From positions 186,001-250,000 of the forward strand of contig NIVC01001552.1 in the NCBI GenBank assembly GCA_002269645.1: DNA of 64,000 nucleotides. The letters run 5' to 3'. Shown piece by piece: positions 1 through 12,510 of this stretch. The first letter of the stretch is position 1. Each line of letters starts with the position of its first letter. Both the position numbers and the translations under genes were made by a program. The DNA is from Macrostomum lignano (lineage: Eukaryota). Below the pieces are notes generated by a model that saw nothing but the letters and a program-made list of their open reading frames with translations, was not told the DNA's origin and searched no databases.

Positions 1-3000
1 TGCCACCCTGCCGATTAAATGCCTAGCCGACGCCTGAACCAACCCGCCGAGCCTCAACGGCGGGCCCCCGGCGGCGCGAGCCGCACCCGGCGGTCCGCGC
101 GCGCGGCCCCCCAGTAGCCTGCACCTCCTGCAACTCAACGCAGAGGGCGTCGCCTCAAGATGCCCGAATTGTGCAAGCTGCTGCTGGACCTGCGCGTCGA
201 CGTGGCGTGTCTGCAAGAGACCCACTTGACGTACTTGACTTAGCTGCTGGACTGTCCCGGAGGGGGACACAGCGGGAAGGCGCGGACTTACATTCCGCTA
301 ATTCCTGAACGGCCGACGCATCGCTATGAACGGAGGGTTGGCGCCGCCCAGGGAGGTCCCTCAGTGTCGCCAGCAGCTATGGTGCTCTCTGGAAAGGATC
401 GCAGTTCAACCCTGCGGGTGGCCCGGAGGTAGCGCATGAGCTGATTAAAGTTTTCGGGTTCGCACGCTTCAGTATAGATGTCTGTGGCCCGAGGTAAGTG
501 AGTCTGGCTCGCATCAAGGCGCGACAGATGCTGAAGAAGTGCTCAGCGGTTTCGTCCCCTGAGTTGCAAAGATGGCGTTGGTGGCGTTGCCCTGCAGGTA
601 CTGGTGCCTGGAGAAGCAGCCGTGGCCTGAGAGGGTCATGGTGGCAAGAGACCCACACCACCGAGGGACGGGATCCGTGCCTGCCGGGGTTCAACGCAAT
701 CTGGCGCCACCGACAGAGCGGCCGGCGCTCCGGCGGCCGCACGCGCGGAGGAGGCGTTGCAATCCTCATCCGCGAGGGGCTGCGCTTCGAGATGCTGCAG
801 GAGCGACCCTGCGCCCCCGACAATGTCACCACGGAGGGGGCCGGCGTCCGGGTTTTCCCCTCTGAAAAGAGCGTCGAGAGCCTGGACATCCACTACCTCT
901 ACATCCCACCGATCAGAACGGCTGAAAGCCTGACCGCGTGCAGCGCTTCAGCCTCCAGCACCTCCCGTCCGGCGCCAACACGGTGATCCTGAGCGACCTG
1001 AACGCGAACCATCCGGCCTGGGATCCCGAATCGCTACGCCTACGCCCTACGAGGGCCTACGCCCGTGAGCATGTCGCCGTCAGCCGCCTCCCGCAAGACC
1101 GCAGGACGCGAGACCTCCGACGCGAGAACTTTCGCAGCAGCGCTTCGGGAGCCGGCGCTGACAGCCATGGGAGCAGAGACTTTGGAAGCCGTTCTTGCAC
1201 CGCGAGCTGGACAGGGCTCTCCGCTCCTTCCCGGTCAGGAAGGCCTCAGGACCCGATGAGATCTGCGCCGAACACCTGCAGCACCTCGGCGCTGCCGGCC
1301 GCCGGGCGGTCCTGCAGCTGATCAACGCGTCCTGGACCCAGGGGGGAGGTCCCCGCGGCGTGGCGCCGTGCCCACGGCGTGCCGATCCTCGAGAAGGGCA
1401 AGCCGGCCGATGAGATCGGCTCATACCGGCCGATTGCACTCACCTACACCCTGGCCAAGCTGGCCGAGCGTCTGGTTCAAGCGCTGCTGGTGGGCCGAGT
1501 CCCGGCACCTGCTGCACCCCGACCAAGCCGGCTTCCGCAAGCGACGCAGCACCGAGGACCAGATTGCCCGGCTCACCCAGCTCATCAGCGACGGCCACCA
1601 GGCGGCCACTGCCAGGCGGACGGCCGACTTCCGGCCACGATACCGTCTGGAAGCAGGGCCTGCTGCACAAGCTGCACAACGCCGGCATCCCAGCGGCCGT
1701 GGTCCGCTGGCTCAGCAGCTACCTGGCCGATCAACGTGCTGCCGTCAGGGTGGACGGCGCGCTGAGCAGCTGGCGGCTCTTCCGCGAGGGCCTGCCACAG
1801 GCAAGTGTCCTTGCCTCTCTGCTCTTAGCGCTGTACATCAACGACCTGCCTGAACACCTTCCGTCCGACTGCACGCCGTTCCTCTACGCCGACGACCTGG
1901 CCATCGCAGTGCAAGGCCAGACCGTGGAGGAGGCCGAGACAAAGGCGCAGGCTGCGATCGACGCGGTCTCCGACTGTGCGATCGAGTGGAGGATGGAGCT
2001 GGCGCCGAACAAGTGCGCGGCATCCTCGTTCACCACCACCGCCGGAGAGGCCAGCCGCGAACTGCATCTGCGGCTGAACGACGCTCCGCTCTCGATGGAC
2101 CACCAGCCGCGCTTCCTCGGCGTCATGCTGGACCGGCTGCTCAGCTTCACGGCGCACGCCGCCAACGTCGCAGGCCGCGCCCGCTCCAGCTGCGGCGTTC
2201 TGGTGGCGCTGTCTGGCAGCAACTGGGGCGCCAAGCAGAACGACGTGCGCCAGCTGTACACGGCCTACGTGTGGCCGGTGCTGGAGTAAGCTGCCGGCGC
2301 TTGGATGCCGACGGCCTGCGCTTGGATGCCGACGGTCGGAGGTGCTGGAGCGCGAGGCTGGGCTGCCGCCGATGGCTGTCCGTGCGGAGATGCACGCCGG
2401 CCTCCTCCACGAGCGCGCCCTCAGGCCGCCGCCCGACAACCCGCTGCGCGCCTGCGCGGCCAGCGTCGGCCCGCGCTGCCGCCTCCAAAGCGCCCGCGGT
2501 GACGAGAGATGGCAGCCAGCGTCTGCAGCGCTGCGGGCGTGGGCCGCTACCCGCGAGAGCCCGTCCACGCTGTCCCGACGAAAACTCGCTGGGCTGACCT
2601 GGACTCCGTCACCTTCGGGCTGCAGCTGGCCTCCCCGACCTCGCGGGGGACCTGCCGGAGACGGAGCGTCGAAGGACGGCATCCTGGACGGCGGCAGCGG
2701 CGCCCTGGTCGAGCCCAACACCACGCTGTGCGTCGCTGCTGACGTCCAGTTTCCACGCCGAGCTAGTGGCCATCGCTGAGGCCCTCCGGTGGGTGCTCGC
2801 GGCCCCAGACCCTGCAGAGCTGTTGCCGGTCCGCATCTGCTTGGACTTCCTGAGCGCGCTTACCGCGCTCACGTCCGGCGCCGGGTCGACGGGCGCCACC
2901 ATGACCGACGCCATCTGGGCCAGCCTCGCCGACCTCGTGGCCCGGGGAACCTCAGTCCACCTGCAGTAGGTGCCTGGCCACGCGGGAATCCCCGGCAACG

Positions 3001-3335
3001 AGGCCGTGGACGAGGTCGCCAAGCGAGGCTCCACGCTGGCGCAAGGCGCCGCGCTCATCCCGTTGGCTGCTGCGCAGGCTGCCGTCCGCCGCCACTGCCT
3101 CGCCCGCTGGCACCAGACCTACATACAACGCGGCGGCCACCGAGGCGCCGAACACGAGCTCCTGCCTGCCGCCTCCGCCGACGAGCGACCTCACGCGGCG
3201 GCAGGAGCGGCTGATTTGCCAGCTGCGCGCCGACCGCTGCCCGGCCCTGCGGGGCTTCCAGGCCGCCATCGGCGTTGATGTGGCCCCCACCTGCCGCTTT
3301 TGTGACAATGGAGAGGAGACACCAGGGGTGGAGTG
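1..3335 (+). mobile_element. Degenerate non-LTR retrotransposon (APE endonuclease - RT - RNase H - Cys knuckle; I/Ingi-like architecture), multiply frameshifted
   Basis: Endonuclease motifs LHLLQLNAEG (~119), DVACLQETH (~200-225), GGGVAILIR and VILSDLNANHPAW. RT motifs YRPIAL, GLPQASVL and FLYADDLAI (~1880-1900). RNase H motifs AELVAIAEAL and LQ*VPGHAGIPGNEAVDEVAK (~2960-3025). C-terminal CRFCD (~3290-3305). Motifs lie in different frames with premature stops. The left boundary is uncertain. Confidence 0.9.
226..643 (-). mobile_element. 5'-truncated 3' end of a second LINE inserted antisense into the endonuclease domain of the host LINE
   Basis: Flanked by a 13-bp direct repeat GCAAGAGACCCAC (213-225 and 644-656). 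Removing the insert rejoins LQETH-TTEGRDPCLPGF. The minus strand encodes LSGHGCFSRH...CNSGDETAEHFFSICRALMRARLTYLG, a typical ORF2 C-terminal CCHC knuckle, and ends in a short CAAGT-like tail. Confidence 0.85.
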
Positions 3336-3915
3336 CAAGGCTGAGGAAAGAGGCGATATTGAAGAGCCAATCAGAAGACAGCGAGGGAGAGAGATAAGAA
3401 AAATAAGACTGAATTAGACAGAGAGGGAGAGAAACCAGAGTTTCAACAAATACAAGGGGTGGAGTGCAAGGCTGAGGAAAGAGGCGAGATTGAAGAGCCA
3501 ATCAGAAGACAGCGAGGGAGAGAGATAAGAATAATAAGACTGAATTAGACAGAGAGGGAGAGAAACCAGAGTTTCAACAAATACAAGGGGGTGAAGTGCA
3601 AGGCTGAGGAAAGAGGCGAGATTGAAGAGCCAATCAGAAGACAGCGAGGGAGAGAGATAAGAAAAATAAGACTGAATTAGACAGAGAGGGAGAGAAACCA
3701 GAGTTTCAACAAATACAAGGGGGTGGAGTGCAAGGCTGAGGAAAGAGGCGAGATTGAAGAGCCAATCAGAAGACAGCGAGGGAGAGAGATAAGAATAATA
3801 AGACTGAATTAGACAGAGAGGGAGAGAAACCAGAGTTTCAACAAATACAAGGGGGTGAAGTGCAAGGCTGAGGAAAGAGGCGAGATTGAAGAGCCAATCA
3901 GAAGGCAGCGAGAAG
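3325..3915. repeat. Tandem repeat, ~131-132 bp unit, ~4.5 copies
   Basis: The unit GGGGTGGAGTGCAAGGCTGAGGAAAGAGGCGAGATTGAAGAGCCAATCAGAAG... recurs at ~3325, 3456, 3588, 3720 and 3852. Confidence 0.95.
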
Positions 3916-4789
3916 GCAATTTTCGTTTTTTTTCCTGGCTGATTTTGCGCAGTCTTAAATATAAAAAATTGATTCGGTGTTAGAAGCTAAAATCTCAATG
4001 CCATGCAATATGCGGATATAGAACATAAATCAAGTTTCCTTTATCGATCAATTTTCACTATTAGCAAACAGATTTAATTAAATATTGACAGCAGTAAATA
4101 GATTAGTCTCTAATTGACTGTCTAAAATCAATAAAAAAGCGATCAGTTACTAAAATAACTGGGAGTTTATTTCTGTTCAGAAAAACACTGCGATGGAAAT
4201 GCGATGAAAAGCTTTCAGCTAGAATAAAAAACGACGAGTCTATAAATAATATGGCTCAGATTGTTTTTTGTTATAAATACTAGGATATAAACTTGATTGA
4301 TCCTCACTGTTTGTGCTGCCTATATATATGTGCCGAATTTATATATATAAATTGCCTATTGTTGATTAATGCGCTATTTGGATTGCCCAGATGCATATTT
4401 GGCCCAGATTCTGTGTTAGGGTCATATATCATACTCATCTTTGACAAAGTTCTGCGAACTCAGCTGCCTTATCAACGCATTCCGCATGCCGAAACTGCGC
4501 GCATGTAATCGGATTGGCGTCATGCCACTAAGCTGCTTTATCTATAAATTCTGGCCATGACAATGACTGCCAGGTCACCAGTGTGTATGATCGTAGCTGC
4601 TCCCAATTTTAGTTAATCTGAGGTGCGGATACTGTATAGTCAAGATTTGAATTACGATCTTACACTTATAATTAGTGCGCAGAGTGATCAGTTTTATCGT
4701 TGCAGAACGTATATGTTGCAGTTTTATAGTTGCATCATCCGCTCCCCGAGTAACCTAGAAAACCCCAGAAAAAGTGCTGATAAACTATC

Positions 4790-5478
<689 letters not shown>

Positions 5479-5741
5479 TAAATAAATTATAAATAAATTG
5501 TAAATAAATTAATGTGCAAATTTTTGTAAGGCGTGCAAACTATATCTATTATCCTAGTAACCGTCGCAAACAAAATATTTGTCGATATCTCACGTTTAAT
5601 TTTATTTTTGGTTAAATTTTATATCGACAACAAGTTCATAATTTGGATAGTAAATCAGTCAGTTTAGTCAAATAGAATCGAGCTCGGTGCCTTCCGCAGG
5701 CTCCCAACGGACAGCCTTATCAGAGTTGTGTTGCAAGCACG

Positions 5742-6850
5742 TCAAACGCCGCCGACCCGAACCAGGCCAATCAGCCGGCCCAGCTTCCTGTCGACGGAGA
5801 TGAGGGCATTCAAGATGCGCCGTTGCTCGCCAAACTGTCTGGACCCGGTTCGTTTGCCAAATCTGGGAAAATTGGGAACGGTCAACATAATGATCATTTT
5901 GTTTTGTAGGCTTTTAGTCTAATTTAATCCATTTGTTTTTGCTATATTTATACTGGTACTTAAAAGTGCATGGTCAATGTAACCATGTCAAGGCTGGAGA
6001 GCCAAGCTAATGAGCGAATTGAGATGCTGTTGAGATAGAGTTGTCGGTTCGTAGGCACGAACTCCGTCTGTTCTGCGTTTCATTTTCTTTTGACACGTTT
6101 AAAATTTCGCTTGAAGTTGCGTCTTGCATCTCCCAGTGGGACAGAGTCCCGCATGTTTCATGCTTTCTTATCATCTTTAACCATCATCTGCTTCTCTAAT
6201 TAAATTACTTTCCTCTGTCATCTCTCCCTATTCCTCCGTTCATTCTAATTCCTCCTCTCTTACCCCCCCTCTCTCTCATCTCCCTCTCTCTAATCTCCCT
6301 CTCTCTCATCTCCCTCTCTCTCATCTGACTCTCTTTAATCTCCCTCTCTCTCATCTCCCTCTCTTTTATCGCATCTCTCTTATTTCATTTATATTATCCC
6401 CCTCTCTCTTTTATCTCCCTCTTTCTTATCTCCCTCTCTCTCTCTCTCCCTCTCTCTCTTATCTTTCGTAATTGATATCTTAGAAAAGTTCTTTATTTAG
6501 TCTTATATAAAACTAATAGTCTATTCTACAAAACCTTATGTCCAGTTAAAAAGCTAATCATTTTAGAAAAACATCACGTAAATAAAAATTCACAAATTTA
6601 ACTCTTTTTCTCACCGCTGTCGCCCAAGCAGCTTGAGATAGGCCTCCAGCTCTTTCATGTAGAGCTTGAACTCTTCAATCGATTTAAAATGCTCCGGTTT
6701 TACAGGTGGCTCCAGCTGCCTCTTCCTTGCGAATAAAATTTCGCCACCTCCATAGTAACCAGCCGAGTCTACTGCAGACGGATAAGCAAGCGCGTGCTCA
6801 GTTGCCATAGCAACAACTAACAAGAACAGAGCAGTCGGAGAAAGCGACAT
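5742..6850 (-). CDS. npf: Neuropeptide F/Y precursor (coding exons 6850-6615 and 5862-5742; 5' UTR exon ending at 7258)
   Basis: Signal peptide MSLSPTALFLLVVAMATEHALA, then RKR, then the 36-aa QLEPPVKPEHFKSIEEFKLYMKELEAYLKLLGRQRF followed by GKR (amidation plus cleavage). Tyr lies at positions 10 and 17 from the C-terminus. A phase-2 intron (CG|GTGAGA ... TTTCCCAG|A TTT GGC AAA CGA) splits the penultimate Arg codon, the conserved NPY/NPF intron position. The upstream donor AGG|GTAAGT at 7258/7257 pairs with acceptor TTCAG at 6906. Confidence 0.93.
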
Positions 6851-6954
6851 TGGATAGCGTGGCGACAATAGCGGACGATGTTCACTTGATGATAAGAATT
6901 TTCTTCTGAAAGGGTTTTTTGAGGCTTGGCGCTAAATTCCTCTCCAGATCAACA

Positions 6955-7195
6955 ATGGCGCCAAACTGATGACAAATGGCGCCAAAATGAGGTCAACTGG
7001 TGCCAACCTGAGGATAAATGGCGCCAACAAAGTACAACGGCGCCAAACTAGGGATAATTGGCGCCAAACTAGGGATATTAGCGCCAAACTAGGGATATTA
7101 GCGCCAAACTAGGTATATTGGCGCCAAACTAGGGAAAGTGGCGCCAAACTAAGACTATTGGCGCCAAACTAAGACTATTGGCGCCAAACTAGGGA
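6955..7195. repeat. 20-bp minisatellite containing GGCGCCAAA, in the NPF 5' UTR intron
   Basis: Repeats of GCGCCAAACTAGGGATATT(A/G) with period 20. Confidence 0.9.
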
Positions 7196-7544
7196 TATAC
7201 CAAGCAAAGTTCGATGGCTCCCAACTGCATCGCGTAGAAATAAAATATTCAACTTACCCTTGTCTGAGCTGCACCCACTACGCAGATTTCCTGAAGCTGA
7301 CTGACTGATTCCCTTCTTATGCCTCGCTAGCTAAACGTCGGAATGTGAAAGCGCCTCGGATACAGAGGCTGAGAACTTCCTTTTATTGAGTTCTCGTCCC
7401 GTAGGATCAATTCCTCTCAGCCAATAGAGTTTGTCGATAGCATTAATCCCATATTTTCTCCAGGACAGCTGCGATTCAATAGGTAGAAACTGAAAGTTCA
7501 CCTTTTCATGTTTGGAGACTTTAAATATACCCCCGATTGAGTGA

Positions 7545-7744
7545 GGACGGACTGAATTCCCCGGTTGGATAGGGAGGGACTGAATTCCCCGGTTGGATAG
7601 GGAGGGACTGAATTCCCCGGTTGGATAGGGAGGGACTGAATTACTTGGTTGGATAGGGAGGGACGGAATTCCCCAGTTGAATAAGGAGGGACTGAATTCC
7701 CCGGTTGGAAAGGGAGGGACTGAATTCCCCGGGTGGATAGGGAG
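7545..7744. repeat. 28-bp minisatellite, left part (interrupted by solo LTR)
   Basis: Unit GGATAGGGAGGGACTGAATTCCCCGGTT; the array resumes in register at 8682. Confidence 0.92.
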
Positions 7745-8681
7745 TGTAGTGACTGGCTGCTAACTAGCTATTCAGCAGCATTCACTAGCTTTCCCTAAGG
7801 GCGCTGTGATCCGCTGCACAGTGGCTCAGTCCACCTGATCTAGTGAGAGAGATACCCTGTGCTGGGCCTAAGTGTTTACTGCCCGATGACTCATCGCCTG
7901 AGCAGGCGTGGGCAGCCACACTCAATGTCTTCCCACTCGCGCTGCGAGGTGTAGCAGGATGACTCATCACCTGCGCAGAGTGTAATGGCTGCCTAGAGGG
8001 AGTAAACAGGATGACTCATCCGCCCAAGTTCTATTTTTAGCACAGAAAAGCACTGACTGTGCACGCACCCGCTGCGTGGCCACTGACCTTGAGTCACGCC
8101 ACTGCTGCGTGACAGGGTTGCCTTATTTGGAAGATGGCCTTGAATCACGCCTCGTTCGCATGATTTCAATGCCCAAATAAGGAAGTTTCACGCGCTCACC
8201 GCATGAAACTCACGTGACTTTTGGGGGTCCGCTCGGCTATAAATACGGAGCATCTGCGAGTCATTTTTCTCCAGACTGCGACGTCTCGTGGAGCAACACG
8301 GAGCCAAACTGCGTCGACTCGCGGAGCATCGTGGCTGACTCGTGAAGCCTCCTCCGAGCTCTCCTCTCTCATTTCAGGTTTTTCAGGTTTTCAGGTTCGA
8401 GCAGCATTCTACTAAGACGATCGACTGTCGAGACATTTTCAGATTTGCCTTTGCTCCGAGCGACTTTGTTAATTTTCTTTCAGGTGACGGATAGACAACT
8501 CTGCCGACGCGTCGAGTCCGCACACCAAGGTGGCAGCAACCCTACCAAGTCACGGCTAACGTTTTAGGTTCATTTCCAGGCAAATCGATAGGTAGTACAA
8601 CGGTGCTATCTAGCTACTTCAGGAGCAGCGGGTTCTATTTTCAGGAACATCATCAAGAACCCGAGAAGGAGTAGTACTTCA
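7745..8681 (+). mobile_element. Probable solo LTR (937 bp)
   Basis: Begins TGTAGT and ends ACTTCA (TG...CA), flanked by a 4-bp TSD GGAG (7741-7744 and 8682-8685). The host 28-bp minisatellite resumes exactly after it. It has an internal TATA box CTATAAATA (~8237-8245) and no coding domain. Confidence 0.75.
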
Positions 8682-8790
8682 GGAGGGACTGAATTCCCCA
8701 GTTGGATAGGGAGTGGGTGAATTCCCCGGGTGGATAGGGAGGGACTAAATTCCCCCGTTGGATAGGGAGGGACTGAATTCCCCGGTCGGG
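8682..8790. repeat. 28-bp minisatellite, right part
   Basis: Same unit as 7545-7744. Confidence 0.9.
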
Positions 8791-9224
8791 TAAGGATTTT
8801 CACTGCAAAATTTCTTCCCCAACAGAATAAAAAAGTCTCAACATAGAATACCGATGCATCGGAGATATACATGTACGCAGCTTCTCTAGAAGGGGAGTAG
8901 TTTGGCTTCATCTAGCGGCAATCGCTCACCTGATTATAACTGCCATGAGCACTCCCCTTCTTACTTAGCTGAATGCAAGAGTTTCCCAACTTCCTTTATA
9001 CATAATTAATGTCAATACTATACATAATACATAAGCGTAAGCGTAATGCTTAACTGAGAAACTTCCTATCAGTCATTTTCGCAGGGCAACCAGCCATAGA
9101 CTGTTATTTTATTACACGTAGGCGATTTGCTCACCTATACACACTGAGAGGCAATAAATCTTCTAAGCCTTTAGCCGCATCATTTGAGTCGTTAGTCAGT
9201 GAACGCTTAGCAGAAATCAGCGCC

Positions 9225-10555
9225 ATGGAGGAGCCGCCATATCTGGCTTACGCACCCCTGGCTCGACTCTGGCAGGATGAGCGGGCAGACGAGGCCGAGC
9301 TTGTTGTGGGAAAAACTCGAGAACAGAGGCAGATGGAGCTGCTTAGACAGACTGCGTTTGACATGCACATGACTACAGCCTGCTCACTGCTGGCTCTGAT
9401 GCTTATTAATGCCGTGTTGGCCTGCCTGTGCACCGGTGAGTTCTAGTGACATCTGCTGACAGCCGCTCACTCACTCACTCATTCTCACGGTCACTCTCTG
9501 GCTTTCACTCACTCTCGTGGTCACTCTCTGACCTTCATACACTCAACTCTCATGGTCACTCTCTGGCTTTCACATACTCACACTCAACTCTCACGGTCAC
9601 TCTCTGGTTTTTACACACTCATAACTCACTTTCACGGTCACTCTTTGTCTTTGATACACTCACTCTCATAGTCACTCTCTGGCTTTCACACACTCCTTCA
9701 TGGTCACTCTCTGGCTTTCACACACTCCTTCATGGTCACTCTCTGGCTGTCACTCACTCACTCTCATGATCACTCTCTGGCTTTCACACACTCACTCTCA
9801 TGGTCACTCTCTGGCTTTCACACACTCAACTCTAATGGTCTTTCCCTGGCTTTCACACACTCACTCTCACGGTCACTCTCTGGCTTTCACACACTCACTC
9901 TCATGATCACTCTCTGACCTTCACACACTCAACTCTCCTGGTCTCTCTCTGGCTTTCACACACTCACTCTCACGGTCACTCTCTGGCTTTCACACACTCA
10001 CTCTCACGGTCACTCTCTGGCTTTTACACACTCACTCTCATGGTCACTCTCTGGCTTTCACTCACCCACTCACTCACTCTCATGTTCACTCTCTGGCTGT
10101 GACTTTCTTAGTCATTTTTTCAGTCCATCTGCACTCGTCTCTTTTTACTCTGTTTCCTCTTCCTCTCTGTCCAGTTCAATCTTGCTATTCTTATCTCTCT
10201 CCCTTGCTGCCTTCTGATTGGCTCTTTAATCTCGCCTAGCTCTTTCCTTAGTCGCGCACTCCACCCCTCTTTATCTTATCTTCAACTCAACCCCCACCCT
10301 TTTAGTCAATGACTTAAATGTACCCATGAGCCCCATTGATATTCTTTACACTATGTATACGGCTTACCCTCACTCACTCTTACTGCAGGCATTTCAATGT
10401 ACAAAGTGAAGTTTAGCAACAATCCAATTCAGCTGATGTTAAACAAGCTGGGCTATTCGTTAATCATGACTGGCTTAGCCTGCGGATCTGTGCTGGTGCT
10501 CACTTTCATTCTGGTTTCGAATCGATCGAACCGGCCTGTCGACAATGATAATTAA
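9225..10555 (+). CDS. Small two-exon membrane protein, ~125 aa, two predicted TM helices (exons 9225-9435 and 10389-10555)
   Basis: ATG in GCCATGG context. Donor G|GTGAGT at 9435/9436 and acceptor TACTGCAG|GC at 10388/10389 are phase-compatible. The product is ...ACSLLALMLINAVLACLCTGISMYKVKFSNNPIQLMLNKLGYSLIMTGLACGSVLVLTFILVSNRSNRPVDNDN*. No family recognised. Confidence 0.7.
9465..10100. repeat. ~34-36-bp CT/CA-rich intronic minisatellite
   Basis: Unit CACTCTCTGGCTTTCACACACTCACTCTCACGGT. Confidence 0.92.
10180..10270 (-). repeat. Single diverged, inverted copy of part of the 131-bp unit found tandemly at 3325-3915
   Basis: The reverse complement reads GGGGTGGAGTGCGCGACTAAGGAAAGAGCTAGGCGAGATTAAAGAGCCAATCAGAAGGCAGCAAGGGAGAGAGATAAGAA, which aligns to the tandem unit. 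Confidence 0.85.
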
Positions 10556-10729
10556 ATTGAATGTAGATTAACTGATTCGAATATTTTATACTGTTCTATA
10601 ATGTTTAAAGTATAAAAATGTTTCACCGGTATAAACAGGTTGTTTGTTTTAAATTAGTTACGTTTGTTTTTCTGTCTGCATTATTTTTTGTGCCGTTTGA
10701 CACAGAACTTCTAGACGTCTGACACTTTT

Positions 10730-11285
10730 TGGGAATGTCTGACACTAAATATGGGGGCTATCTGACACTAAATTTAGGGGTGTCTGACACTAAATATGGG
10801 GATGTCTGATACGAAATATGGGGGCTATTTGAAACTAAATTTGGGAGTGTCTGACACTAAATATGGGGGCTATCTGACACTAAATTTGGGGGTGTCTGAC
10901 ACTAAATATGGGGGATATCTGACACTAAATTTGAGGGTGTCTGACAAGAAGTATGGGGACTATCTGACAATAAATTTGGGGTGTCTGACACTAAATATGG
11001 GGGTTATCTAACGCTAACTTCGGATGCTATCTAACACTAAATTTGCCTTTCTGTCTGATACAAATTTTGTGGGCTATCTGACAGAAAATTTAGGGGCTAT
11101 CTGACACTAAATTTAGGGTCTATCTGACACTAAATGCGGACGCTATCTGACATTTAATCGTGTTTATTAATTGTAGGGGCCACCTGACATTAAATGTCGG
11201 GGTTATCTGATACTAAATACAGGGTTATCTGACACTTAACTAAGCAATCTGTCATAATATTCTGCTCTATATCTGACACTAAGGC
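10730..11285. repeat. Minisatellite of alternating 22/23-bp units (45-bp dimer), degenerating rightwards
   Basis: TCTGACACTAAATATGGGGGCTA alternating with TCTGACACTAAATTTGGGGGTG. Confidence 0.9.
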
Positions 11286-11704
11286 TTCCTCTAAATTATA
11301 CTTTTCACAACTTTATATAGCTACTCAAAGAAATTCAATACTAGCTCGTAACAAATTATTGCAATGAGCCTCAATGCCTACAGACAGAAATATTGCACCA
11401 TTTGGTCCAAATTAAGAATGCATATATCAATATCGAATTTCACACAAATCACCTGCATGCGTTGAGTTGTCCTGTTTAAATAAACACCTAACTATGTGAA
11501 TACAAGCTCCACCGATAAAGACATAGGAATACAGGAAGTTGGTCTGAAACTGGATATGTACCACCCATGCTGTACAGCACAGCCTTCTTAAACCAAGCCA
11601 TTTGTTTTAATCACACTCCTGAAACCTTCTTGCACACGATTGCTTTTCACTTTCTCCGCGAGAGAACTTCGGTACTACGGAAGGTAAGTTGTCTCCGATT
11701 GGTC

Positions 11705-12510
11705 TCTAACAGTTTGCATCTGACCGTGTCTAACAGTTTGCATCTGACCGTGTCTAACAGTTTGCATCTGACCGTGTCTAACAGTTTGTATCTACCCGTG
11801 TCTAACAGTTTGTATCTGACCGTGTCTAACAGTTTGCATCTGCCCCTGGTGTCTAACAGTTTGTATCTGCCCCTGGTGTCTAACAGTTTGCATCTGACCG
11901 TGTCTAACAGTTTGCATCTGCCCCTGGTGTCTAACAGTTTGTATCTGCCCCTGGTGTCTAACAGTTTGCATCTGACCGTGTCTAACAGTTTGCATCTGCC
12001 CCTGGTGTCTAACAGTTTGTATCTGCCCCTGGTGTCTAACAGTTTGTATCTGCCCCTGGTGTCTAACAGTTTGTATCTGCCCCTGGTGTCTAACAGTTTG
12101 TATCTGCCCCTGGTGTCTAACAGTTTGTATCTGCCCCTGGTGTCTAACAGTTTGTATCTGACCGTATCTAACAGTTTCTAACAGTTTGCATCTGCCCCTG
12201 GTGTCTAACAGTTTGCATCTGCCCCTGGTGTCTAACAGTTTGCATCTGCCCCTTGTGTCTAACAGTTTGTATCTGACCGTATCTAACAGTTTGCATCTGC
12301 CCCTGGTGTCTAACAGTTTGTATCTGCCCCTGGTGTCTAACAGTTTGCATCTGACCGTGTCTAACAGTTTGCATCTGCCCCTGGTGTCTAACAGTTTGTA
12401 TCTGACCGTATCTAACAGTTTGCATCTGCCCCTGGTGTCTAACAGTTTGTATCTGCCCCTGGTGTCTAACAGTTTGTATCTGCCCCTGGTGTCTAACAGC
12501 TTGTATCTCC
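11705..12510. repeat. 24/27-bp minisatellite, probably intronic
   Basis: Units GTCTAACAGTTTG(C/T)ATCTGCCCCTGGT and GTCTAACAGTTTGCATCTGACCGT, lying between a donor AAG|GTAAGT (~11683) and an acceptor TATCTCCAG (~12513). Confidence 0.93.

Noticed and set aside
1825-3501. Antisense and alternative-frame GC-rich ORFs over the LINE
   Set aside because: Shadow ORFs of a GC-rich RT/RNase H region; the recognisable motifs are all on the + strand.
11567-12181. 204-aa ORF upstream of the 12598 gene
   Set aside because: Mostly minisatellite. Splicing its unique part (donor ~11683) to the acceptor at ~12513 hits an immediate stop, so it is at most a UTR exon.
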